Source: an uncultured Armatimonadetes bacterium (GTDB taxonomy: Bacteria; Armatimonadota; Hebobacteria; Hebobacterales; Hebobacteraceae). Taken from it: a stretch of 64,000 nucleotides of DNA. The position numbers and the translations under genes were made by a program. The stretch is taken from contig OY969415.1 of assembly GCA_963699135.1 (NCBI GenBank), forward strand, positions 2,551,196 through 2,615,195, read 5' to 3'. Each line of letters starts with the position of its first letter. Within the stretch, counting starts at the first letter, position 1. Of this stretch, positions 29,853 through 39,475 are shown in pieces. Below the pieces are notes generated by a model that did no database searches, was not told the origin of the DNA, and worked only from the letters and a program-made list of their open reading frames with translations.

Positions 29853-30425
29853 ATGCCGCAGCACAGCAAACCGAGACGCAAGCGCGAGGCCACAAGGTCG
29901 CGCCAGGACCCGAAAACCGGACCCGTCGCGTCGATCGAACCGACGCAGCCACCGCGCGGGGGGCCGGCGGCCCCGCCGATGGCGGAACTGCGGCGGCGCG
30001 CGACGCAGCGCCTGCGGCGGTTGGAGCGACTCCTCGCCATCGTCCGGGCCGAGTGTCAGACTGCAGCCGCCGAGTGCGAGCGGCTGAGAGCCGCGAAACC
30101 AGACGCAGTCGGAGCACTGGACATCGATCGGAATGGCGGCATGCCCGCTGCCGATCTACCAGTCGTCAGGCGAGCCAAGCCGGCCTCGGTGGCATCCCGC
30201 GGGCGCAGTGAGCAGCTGGAGGCGCTCATCTCCGACCTGGAGAGCGCCACGGAGCGTGGGAGCGCAGCCCATGCTGATGGAGCGGGCCAACCGGGGCGTG
30301 ATCGATCGGCTAAGACCTCGCCAGTGGGTGTGCCACGAGAGGCGGAGGCGGGCAGCCTGTTGAGCTTCCTGGACGATCTCGCCGAAGCTCTGTCGCCGGC
30401 TTCCGATCGCCCGCCCCGGCCCTGA
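29853..30425 (+). CDS. hypothetical coiled-coil/Pro-Arg-rich protein (190 aa)
   Basis: The ATG at 29853 is preceded by GGAGGGAG, with a possible promoter TTGACC-17-TAGGCT upstream. It overlaps long antisense ORFs, so the call is uncertain. Confidence 0.35.
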   Translation: MPQHSKPRRKREATRSRQDPKTGPVASIEPTQPPRGGPAAPPMAELRRRATQRLRRLERLLAIVRAECQTAAAECERLRAAKPDAVGALDIDRNGGMPAADLPVVRRAKPASVASRGRSEQLEALISDLESATERGSAAHADGAGQPGRDRSAKTSPVGVPREAEAGSLLSFLDDLAEALSPASDRPPRP

Positions 30426-30571
30426 GATGGCCCGCACTCTTGCTCGCGCGCGCCGCCTCCGGCGTAAGATAGCCCCGCTTGCGTCGCGCTTCCCGTTGAG
30501 CTGGATACCCGACGCTGTGACCTGTGAGACCGCGCGGCGACGCGAGGCCGATACTGGGCCTGGAGGCGAGG

Positions 30572-33500
30572 ATGCGCGGAGTGCGTGTCGGCATTGCGTT
30601 TCTGGTGGTGCTCGCGCTTTCGGCGGCGGTCTCCTGCGCGGCGGAGTACGTGATCTCCAGCTTCGAGACCGATGGGGATCTGGCTCAGTGGGAGGCGACA
30701 GGATGCATCGACCCCTGCAATCCCGGCAACCCGGACTCCGGCGCGCCCTCCCCGGCCACGCTTTCCCGCGCCTTCCACCCATGCCACCAGCGGCGTCTAT
30801 GGCTGCAAGATGGACCTTCCCGCCGTCTCCTATCCTGGCATGACACTGGCGCTGTTCGCCTCCCACGACTGGTCGGCCTATGATGTCGTCAAGATGGACA
30901 TCTACAACCCGAACAGCTTCGCGGTGATGTTCAACCTCGAGATATCGGATTCACAGCCCGGCTACGGCAACCGGGCATACTTCGGCAAAGCGCTTATCCC
31001 AGGGCCTAACGTCGTCGAGGTGGATCTCTGGAACCTGGCCCGCAATGATAGCGGCTACGTCGACCCGGCGGACATCCAGCGTTTCAATTTCTGGATCTCG
31101 GGTTTCAGTTCTCCGATCACCATGTACGTCGATTACATCCGCCTGGAAACCGTACAGGATGACCCTCAGTTCGACGCCGCGAGGAACATCTGGAAGTTCG
31201 ATTTCGGGCCAACCTCGTCGCCGCGCTGGCGGGACTTCTTTGGTGTCTCGGCCTCAGACACCTATCCGGTAGACGCCAGCACGAAGCCGTTCGGCTTCAC
31301 GGACGATCAGCCCCGGTATAGCGAGGACCAGGGGGGCCCCGACAACCTCACCCGGGACTACGTGCGCGGCATCCCGTGCAGCAACCGGTGCTTCCCGAAC
31401 GGCTCCGATTTCGATTTCCGCGTCAGTGTGCCAAACGGCGCCTACCAGGTCTACGTCATTGCCCGCTCCGGGAACTCCAGCAATATGCCGGTGCGGGGAT
31501 GGCAGATCTGGGCCGAACATGAACTCAAAGTGAATGTCCCGATGGATGCGACACGTTTCTACAGCACGGACTTCTACTACCGCGGCCTGGAAGATGACTA
31601 CCCACTCAGCAGCCCTGCCTGGGAGCAGTATGAGGCCGCCAACTATCCCGCCTACACCTTCCCGACGACAGTGGCCGATGGCGCCGTCGACCTGCACTTC
31701 ACCAGCGCGTGGGTCTACGCCCTGATCGTGTACCCCACCGCCGTGACGTCGGAGATGGAAGGGCGGATCGCCGTCCTCGAAAAGGACCAACAGACGCAGT
31801 TCGAGTCCTCCTACTACATCAACCCACCCCAGAACCTGACCTTCGAGCCCATGCCGGACGAGGTCACGAGAAGCTACGCGATATGGCCCGTCGCCACCAT
31901 GGATCCGTGCTATCCGGACACGCTGCCGCCTTCGCCGCCGCCCACGCTGGCGCTGTCGGCCTCCGCCTCCCTGGGGGAGTACCGACCCGTGACCTTCGCC
32001 ATCCGGCCCTTGGTGAATCTGACCAACGTGACCATCGAAGTCGGCGACCTCACCAATGGGTTGGGTCATACCATCGACGCCTCCGAGATCGAGGCGCAGT
32101 ATGTCCGCTACCTGGCGACGCCCGACTCGGAGTTCTTCGGCTCCGGCGTGCTGACGTGGAAGCCGCGGCTACTTCAGAAGAGCTTCCCGATACCGGTTCC
32201 GGCCCAGGTCACGAAGCAGTCCTGGCTGACGCTCCACGTTCCGATGAGCGCGGCCCCGGGCACGTACACCGGAACTGTAACTCTGAAGTCATCGGCGGGA
32301 CAGCTCCCCATCCCGCTGACGCTCGAGGTCTGGCCTATCCAGCTCGATCCGGCAGACGACATGGCCTTTGGCTGGTACTACATGTCGCCCGATGAGCGCT
32401 ACTGCTTTGACGACTTCCCCGCTCTCGTCGGCGCCGGCGATGCCATGCTGCGGGCCGACTTCGTGGACATGAGGAGACACGGCTACAACGCGCTTCAGTT
32501 CCCCGGCCCCAAGGTCACACTAGATGGACTTGGGAACCTCGTGAAGATGGAAACGAGCGAGATGGACCGTTATCTCGCCGCCATGAGAGATATGGGCTTC
32601 GGCGGCGACTGGCTAGGTCAGGTGGGCACGCTCGGTATCGCTAACCAGCTCATGGGCGAGGTCCCCGAATTCAGCGCCACCTTCAACGCCACCTATAAGC
32701 AGGCGCTGGCGGGGGTAGTGACCTGGAGTGGCGTGAACGACGCGCCCCTCGCGATGTACCTGGTGGATGAGCCGCGGGAAAGCATGATCGCCTCCTGGAA
32801 CCGCAACTTCGCGGACACCATGTCCTACTGCCTCCTCGCCCAGCAGGTCCCCGGGGCGGTGACAACGGTGACGGTGATGGCGGATGAAGAGGAGGGCGTG
32901 GACTATACTCCCTTCGCCGATGCCCTCGACATCATGCAGACTCACCCCTGGCCCTTGTCTGCCGGGCTCATCGCCGGAGCGGTCGCCGATGAGAAGCCGA
33001 ACTGGTTCTACAACACCGGAGGCGACCTGCGCTTCGTCTATGGTTTCTATCAGCTCAAGTACGCGGGCTACGGAACCAGTGGGCGCAAGCGCGGCGGCGG
33101 CGTCTGGGAGTGGCACTACGACTGGCTCGACGGTGGCATCTTCGACCCGTTCCCCTATAGCCCATTCAACAACCACTGGCGCTACACGTATCCGTCACCC
33201 GTCGGCCCGGTGCCGACTCTCAAATACGAATGGGGAAGCCAGGGAATCTGGGACTACCGGTATGCCGCAACCCTGGAGCGTCTATCGCGAGAGGCGCGGG
33301 AGACCAACCTGTCCCAGATGGTAGCGTGGGCGGACGACGCCGACGCCCTGTTGGCGGAGATCAAGAGCGCCGCGCCGGCCTACGCCGTCGACGCAGCCTA
33401 TCGCTCCCAGCACCTCGCCGGCATCGCCGAGGGGCCGGGGTGCTTGACTCAGGCGGAGCAGGCCCTGGATGGCTACCGCGCTCGCATCGCCGATACGCTG

Positions 33501-34896
33501 ATGCGCATGCCGGCTTCCCTGGAAGGCGCCGAGTACGATGTGAGCGGAGTCCTGTCGCAGCCGCTGGCGTGGGGCCAGAAGGGCGCCTGCACCGTCGGCC
33601 TCGTCAACACCGGGACGACCACCTGGCATGCCATGCAGGGGTACCAGTTGGCGCCTGCGACCGAGAACGACCGCTGGCAGATCGAGGCCGCTTCCTTGCT
33701 CGGCGACGTTGCGCCCGGAGGCGGCATCGCCGTTGACTTCGACATCATGGGGCCTCCCTGGACGACGCTTTCCTACCCACAGAACGCGACGCCAACGGAC
33801 CCAGGCCGGACCGACGGGGCCAGCGGCGACTGGATTCTGTCGCTGCTGGCGACGCCGATCCCAGGCGAGCGCATCACCGATGAGATCACCGTCAGCCGCT
33901 TCCAGGACGTGCAGAAATCCACCAACTCGGAGTGGGCGCGCTTCTACGTCGAGGAGTGCGCCGGCCGGGCGCCGGTCATCGTGTCGGGGTTCGGAGCCTC
34001 CGACTACCGCCCGCTGGTGAAAGTGGGCCGCGATGCCATGGCGGTCTACATCGCTCGCGGCACCGACTACGACCTCGCGACTCCTACCGGGCCGGTATTC
34101 CCGGACGTGCCCGCCAAGCACTGGGCCGCGCCGGAGATCAAGGCCTGCGTGGATCACGGCGTGGTGCAGGGGTACCCGGACGGCAACTACTGGCCCGGCA
34201 ACATCGTGACGCGCGACCAGATGGCGGTCTTCATGGCGAAGGCCATGAAGCTCGAACTCCCCACCGTGACCAAGGCTCCATTCCTCGACGTGCCCAGGAA
34301 CCACTGGGCGGCGAAGTACATCCAGGCCTGCGCCGATCATCACATCGTGCAGGGCTTCGACGATGGGAACTACGCCGCCCGGCTGGGAGCTTACCCGGGA
34401 GCAGATTGCCGTCTTCATCTATCGCGGGTTCATCCAGCCCAGCGGCGCGCCCGTCGCTCTCGCCGGGCCGGCCGTGAAGGAGCTGGCCGACACGCTGGAT
34501 GGCCCTTGGATGAGCATTACGGAAGGCTCCGCCGCCGGCCCCGGATTCGCCTACGTCACCCTGGACGCGATGCGGCTCGACCCCTCGCTCACCCCCAGCG
34601 GCCAGACCTTCGACGTGAGGTTCGAGCTGCGGCCCGCCGCCGAACCGGAGAAGCTGGTCTCCTTCCCCTACGCACATACCGTGCACCTCGACGCTGGCAC
34701 GATCCAACTGGCACGCGACCATGCAGCCAGCTCCGGCTACCCGTACTACACCGTACAATGGGAGATCGCGGATGGATTGGATCCGGGGGATTACCTACTG
34801 GTCGTGAGCGCGACGAACCAGGAGGGCGTGCCGCACGAGTTCGGCCTGAAGAGCCCGTTCACCATCCGCCCCGCGGGAGGCGGAGGCACGTACTAG
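30572..34896 (+). CDS. very large secreted cell-surface protein with three C-terminal SLH domains; 2 frameshifts (about 30765-30785 and 34378-34381)
   Basis: GGAGG RBS and signal peptide MRGVRVGIAFLVVLALSAAVSCA (track ORF 30524..30883). The body is in track ORF 30672..35048 up to ..QGFDDGNY. SLH motifs: FPDVPAKHWAAPEIKACVDHGVVQGYPDGNYWPGNIVTRDQMAVFMAKAM and FLDVPRNHWAAKYIQACADHHIVQGFDDGNY / PGWELTREQIAVFIYRGF. The tail lies in track ORF 34363..34896. Confidence 0.8.
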
Positions 34897-34897
34897 C

Positions 34898-35891
34898 TCA
34901 CTTCTCGGTGATCGTCTCCGCGATTGCCATGCCGAAGTGCCGGCCGCCGGCGGCCAGGTGCACCAGCACCTCGTCGCCGGGCTTGAGCGTGGCCACGGAG
35001 GCGGCCTCTCCCTGTGGGGTGGTGAGCCTGATCGTCTCCGCGTTCTGAAGGACAAGTGAGGCCCGCTTGCCGTCCGCCTCGGCCTCGACCAACAGCAGGG
35101 GACGCCGCTCGATCTTGTTCCGGCCCACATAGCCCACGGCCGTCTTCCCGTCGAATCCCACCAGCAGCACCTCGTCCCCCGTCTTCAGCTCGGACAGGTA
35201 CTTAGTGCCACCCTCGGGCAGCAGCACATAAGCATGCACCGCGCCCACGTTCACCCGGAAGGGGCGCGCAGCTACATAAGGATTCTCCAGGCTTTCCGAA
35301 TGCACCAGGAAGAAGGCCTCGCCCGTGTTCCCGACGAGCATCCCCTCTCCCGGGCTCATGCTCGTGCAGGTGTCAATGCAGGCGCGATCCCCCATTCCCA
35401 GAGGCCGCACGGTGACGATCTTCGCCGCCGTCGAGCGCGACCTTCGGCGAGAGCGCGTGCACCAGCTCCACGGTCTTGCGGATTTCGTCCGCAGAGCGCG
35501 TGTCCAGCACCACCCCGTCCACGCCCTTCTCCAGAATCTGGACCGCGAGTCGCGCCTGCTCCGCGCCCGCCACTTCCGCCATCAGCCCCCCGCGCCGCGC
35601 CACGAGATTCTCCAGGGGGATCACCGTCCAGTCGGTCGTCTTCAGCACCAGGGGCTTGTCGAGATGGCTGGTGGCAGCGGCTTCCTCGTCTGCCTTGCCC
35701 TTGATCTCGGCCCAGAAGACGTCCTGGCCGGGCTTGATGTCGCCATCGGGGGCGACGGTGGCGATGGCGGCCAGTTCCTTGACCCGCGCCGAGTCGCCCG
35801 CGGCCACTACCACCGCGTCCGCGCCGCTCTCCACCGCGGCGATCGCCAGCGCCTTGTCCCACGGCTCGACTCGCACCCAGATCCGCTTCAT
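34898..35891 (-). CDS. 3-dehydroquinate synthase II (archaeal-type, aroB'); 1 frameshift about 35425-35431
   Basis: The N-half is track ORF 35373..35891 ([29 protein letters not shown]...[13 protein letters not shown]...). The C-half is track ORF 34898..35410 (..[44 protein letters not shown]...). Confidence 0.8.
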
Positions 35892-36688
35892 TTTCGCGAG
35901 GCCAGGAGCTTCTTCGCTTCCTTCACCGAGGCGTTCTCGTGCACGATCATGCTGATCGCCCGCATCATCCCCTCGGGATCGGCGTGCTGGAAAGCGTTGC
36001 GCCCGATGGAGGCGCCCGCGCTCCCCGCCTTCAGCGCCCCCTCCACCATCTGGAGCAGCTCCTCGTCCGTCTCCACCTTCTCTCCGCCCGCGATCACCAC
36101 CGGCACGGGACAGCCGGCGACCACCTCGTGGAAACTGCCCGGTGAGCCGGTGTAGTTTACCTTCACGATGTCCGCGCCCAGCTCCGCCCCTAGTCGGGCC
36201 GCGTGCTTTACGTACTTCGCGTCGAACTCACTCTTGATGTTCTTGCCACGGGTGTAGATCATCGCCAGCAGCGGTATGCCCCAGGTCATGCAGCTCTGGG
36301 AAGTCTGGCCGAAATCGCGCACCATGTCCGCGTCCGTGTCCGCGCCCAGGTTCACGTGAATCGAGACCGCGTCGGCGCCCAGCTTGATCGCCTCCTCCAC
36401 CGTACACACCGGCACCTTCGTGTTCGGCTCGGGGCTGAGCGTGGTGCCGGCCGATAGGTGCACGATCAGGCCGATATCCCGCCCGCCTCGCCGGTGCCCC
36501 GCCTGCACCATCCCTTTGTGCATCAGGATAGCGTTCGCGCCCCCGTTCACCACCTTGGTGACGGTCTCGCGCATATCTTCCAGGCCGCGGATCGGCCCCG
36601 CCGTCACCCCATGATCCATCGGCACGATCACCGTCCGCCCGGTGTCGCGGTTCATAATGCGCTCGATGCGAATCTGCTTGCCGATCAT
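35888..36688 (-). CDS. 2-amino-3,7-dideoxy-D-threo-hept-6-ulosonate (ADH) synthase / class I aldolase DhnA family (aroA')
   Basis: 266 aa. [13 protein letters not shown]..., [12 protein letters not shown], Schiff-base Lys context [19 protein letters not shown]. The stop overlaps the DHQS-II start (ATGA). Confidence 0.8.
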   Translation of the reverse strand: MIGKQIRIERIMNRDTGRTVIVPMDHGVTAGPIRGLEDMRETVTKVVNGGANAILMHKGMVQAGHRRGGRDIGLIVHLSAGTTLSPEPNTKVPVCTVEEAIKLGADAVSIHVNLGADTDADMVRDFGQTSQSCMTWGIPLLAMIYTRGKNIKSEFDAKYVKHAARLGAELGADIVKVNYTGSPGSFHEVVAGCPVPVVIAGGEKVETDEELLQMVEGALKAGSAGASIGRNAFQHADPEGMMRAISMIVHENASVKEAKKLLASRK

Positions 36689-36808
36689 ATGAAAACCCTC
36701 CGTCTGTGGATTGCCGACACGTGGAAGACCCCGTCGTTTCTGGGCTACGAACAGTTCGTGCAGTTCGACACAGAGATGGTCCGCGCCTTGTGGACAGGCA
36801 CAGGCAGT

Positions 36809-37423
36809 CTAGGCCGCGTCCAGAGGCGTCTCAAGGTGGCTAACATCATTCCGCCGCACCACCCGGAATGACCGCCCCTCGCCCTCGATCTCCCAGACCC
36901 CGGCGTGGCTGTGACCCAAGTTCTGCCCCAGGGTGGGGGCCAGCTCGGGGCAGAGGGCCCAGAGAATGACGCTGTTGACGACGGCGTGGCCCACGAAGGC
37001 GAGCCCCTGGGGACAGGGCGTGCCCAGGAGCCGCTCGATCGCCGGCTCGGCCCGGGTCATGACATCCGTCAGGCTCTCCCCCTGGGGGCAGGGAACGGAC
37101 AGGTCCCCGCTCGCCCAGCGCCCCGTGACCTCGCCCCAGCGGGCCCATTCCGGCGGCCCCCAGGGCGTCAACGACCCAAGGTTGACCTCCACGAGATTGG
37201 CTTCCTGCTGCAAAGGCAGCCCCAGCGCCTCCGCCAGCGGCGCCGCCGTCTGCGCCGCGCGCGCCATGGTGGAGGAGACAATCCCATCCAGCGCCACCCC
37301 CGCAAAGGCGACTGGCAGCCGCCCCGCCTGCTCCCGCCCGAGCGCGCTCAACCCCCGCTCCGCATCAGGGCGGACGGCGGACAACGGCTCGGGTTCGGCG
37401 TGGCGAATGATGAAGAGGCGCAT
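36809..37423 (-). CDS. histidine phosphatase family protein
   Basis: MRLFIIRHAEPE (RHA motif), SSTMARAAQTA, FVGHAVV. The start is at the internal ATG 37423 of track ORF 36809..37585. Confidence 0.8.
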   Translation of the reverse strand: MRLFIIRHAEPEPLSAVRPDAERGLSALGREQAGRLPVAFAGVALDGIVSSTMARAAQTAAPLAEALGLPLQQEANLVEVNLGSLTPWGPPEWARWGEVTGRWASGDLSVPCPQGESLTDVMTRAEPAIERLLGTPCPQGLAFVGHAVVNSVILWALCPELAPTLGQNLGHSHAGVWEIEGEGRSFRVVRRNDVSHLETPLDAA

Positions 37424-37529
37424 GGGAGTTCCCTTACAGACCTTCTGCAAACCGGCCCCGCGCGCCTTGCGGGGGCGCCCCCCGCAGGTCGCGCCCCCGC
37501 TCCCGTCGAAGCACTTCGTCACACCAGCC

Positions 37530-38345
37530 ATGACAGCAGACACCCCCCAACCCATCGTCGGCTCTCGCACCGTCGCTGACCGCATCTACTGCGCCGACTC
37601 GCGGCGGCTGGACATGATCGAGGATGGGGTGGTGGACCTGGTGATCTGCTCGCCGCCCTACAACGTCGGGAAGAACTACAAGAACCACAATGACGCGCTG
37701 CCGCTGGAGGAGTATCTACAGTTGCTACGCGATGTGTGGGCCGAGTGTCAGCGGGTGATGCGCCCAGGGGCGCGAATTTGCGTGAATGTCGCCGGCGTGG
37801 ATCGCCAGCCCTATCTGCCCCTGCAATCGTTTATCACGCTCCAGCTTCGCGACCTCGGTTTCCTCATGCGCGGGCAGGTGATCTGGGACAAGGCCGCCTC
37901 GGTGGGTGTCTCGACCGCCTGGGGAAGCTGGCGGAAGCCGAGCAACCCGACCCTGCGGGACGTGCACGAATACATCATCGTGTTCTGCAAGGACCAGTTC
38001 GGCCTGGAGCAGCGCAAGGGCGAGACCGACCTCACCAGCGAGGAGTTCACCGCCCTCACCAAGAGCATCTGGAACTTCCCCACCGGCTCCGCCAAGAAGG
38101 CCGGCCACCCCGCGCCCTTCCCCATCGAGCTGCCCCGCCGGGTCATCAAACTCTACTCCTGGAAAGGCGCCCTCGTCCTCGACCCCTTCTGCGGCTCCGG
38201 CTCCACCTGCGTCGCCGCCAGCCAGCTCGGCCGCCACTGGATCGGCGTTGACATCGACCCGCATTACGTGGAGATCGCGGAGAAGCGAGTGGCGGAGGAG
38301 GGCGCGCCGGAGGCGCCCGGCGACTCCCGTTCTTCAGCAGCTTAG
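37530..38345 (+). CDS. site-specific DNA methyltransferase, beta-class N6_N4_Mtase (motif IV SPPY before motif I)
   Basis: 271 aa from the ATG at 37530. VDLVICSPPYNVGKNY ... GHPAPFPIELPRRVIKLYSWKGALVLDPFCGSGSTCVAA. Confidence 0.9.
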   Translation: MTADTPQPIVGSRTVADRIYCADSRRLDMIEDGVVDLVICSPPYNVGKNYKNHNDALPLEEYLQLLRDVWAECQRVMRPGARICVNVAGVDRQPYLPLQSFITLQLRDLGFLMRGQVIWDKAASVGVSTAWGSWRKPSNPTLRDVHEYIIVFCKDQFGLEQRKGETDLTSEEFTALTKSIWNFPTGSAKKAGHPAPFPIELPRRVIKLYSWKGALVLDPFCGSGSTCVAASQLGRHWIGVDIDPHYVEIAEKRVAEEGAPEAPGDSRSSAA

Positions 38346-38363
38346 CACGGAGGGTGCATATCC

Positions 38364-39218
38364 ATGGATGTGCCCGGATCGCCCGTGGCTCCAACCGCGC
38401 ACTTCGCCGACCCACAAATCGACCTCGTGCTATCCGGGTTCGTCCGAACGGTCCGGGCTGTGCTTGGACAGCAACTGGTCAGCGTGGTGCTGCACGGCGG
38501 AATCGCGTTTGACGACCTTGCCCCAGGATACGGCGATCTCGACTTCGTGGCAGTGACCGCGTGCGACTTGGAGGGTGATCTCTGCCAGCAACTGACCAGC
38601 GCTCGGGCTTCCCTGCGGGCCGGGGGGTACGGGGTGTTAGGCGCCATGGTGGAGGGAGCGTTTCTTCCCAGAAGGATGCTCGACCCGTCCGTTCCCGGCA
38701 AGGCTCTCTGGTGGGGTACGAGTGGTGAGCGGTCATGGGATAGGAGCAAGCTGGGGTGGTTCGTGCTCAAGATTATCCGGGAGCGGGGGATCGTGGTGTG
38801 GGGCGAGGACATCAGGCCGGAGTTCCCCGAGCCGAAGCGTGACGACCTGTTGCGCGACACCTTGGCTGCGTGCGAGGACGGACTACGCTACGGACACGGC
38901 GGGTCGCTTCACTCGGTGGACTGGCTGCTGATGGCCGCGAGGTCACTCCAGTGGCTGAAGTGCGGGGCGCTGAGTTCCAAGAGTGAGGCTGCCGACTGGG
39001 CCGCCGAACACGCCGAGGGGGAATGGCGGAAGCTGCTTCCTCGGGCGAAGCAACTGCGGCTCAATCCATCGTTGTACGAGGCCGAGGAAATGAGGCGCTG
39101 GGCCGCGACTCTCACCGATTCCATTCGGGACGCGTGGCTCGAAGTGAAGGCGATGACCGACAAGGAGAGGCGGGTGGCGGGGGATGGACAGCCCGACATC
39201 GTCCCGCCGGAGGGGTAG
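38364..39218 (+). CDS. nucleotidyltransferase-domain protein with DUF4111-like C-terminal domain (aminoglycoside adenylyltransferase-like architecture)
   Basis: VSVVLHGGIAFDDLAPGYGDLDFVAV (hG[GS]...D.D NTase signature) followed by a helical C-domain. It starts 18 nt after the methyltransferase stop. Confidence 0.65.
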   Translation: MDVPGSPVAPTAHFADPQIDLVLSGFVRTVRAVLGQQLVSVVLHGGIAFDDLAPGYGDLDFVAVTACDLEGDLCQQLTSARASLRAGGYGVLGAMVEGAFLPRRMLDPSVPGKALWWGTSGERSWDRSKLGWFVLKIIRERGIVVWGEDIRPEFPEPKRDDLLRDTLAACEDGLRYGHGGSLHSVDWLLMAARSLQWLKCGALSSKSEAADWAAEHAEGEWRKLLPRAKQLRLNPSLYEAEEMRRWAATLTDSIRDAWLEVKAMTDKERRVAGDGQPDIVPPEG

Positions 39219-39255
39219 GGGGGGAGGGCCGCTGGCTAGATGGCTGCTGTCGTCG

Positions 39256-39284
39256 TTGACAGCGCTCCTTCACCAATCTATAGT
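39256..39284 (+). promoter_or_regulatory. sigma70-like promoter of a leader transcript
   Basis: A perfect TTGACA (39256-39261), a 17-nt spacer, TATAGT (39279-39284). Confidence 0.5.
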
Positions 39285-39398
39285 TCCCCCGGTCATGACT
39301 GGGTAAGGCGTAGCTCCAATCTACCGTGAGCGATGCCCAACCGGCAGCGAAAGGCGCTGCTGGAGTGTTCTGTCATGCCGAATACTGTGACGTCATTG

Positions 39399-39442
39399 GC
39401 CGTCGCTCATCTCCCGTATGAGCGACGGCTTTGTTCTTGGTT
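39399..39442 (+). terminator. strong rho-independent terminator inside the leader of the amidohydrolase operon
   Basis: A perfect 12-bp stem GCCGTCGCTCAT / ATGAGCGACGGC (39399-39410 / 39418-39429), a 7-nt loop, then TTTGTTCTTGGTT. It ends about 30 nt before the RBS of 39476. Confidence 0.7.
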
Positions 39443-39475
39443 GCACACTCACCGTTCCCACCAGGAGGCCCCTAG

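Noticed and set aside
39291-39330. Possible ZTP (pfl) riboswitch because of GGUCAUGACUGGG
   Set aside because: Only a GACUGG-like fragment matches. The conserved 3' CCGCCUGGGC-type pseudoknot partner and the usual purine/folate gene context are absent.
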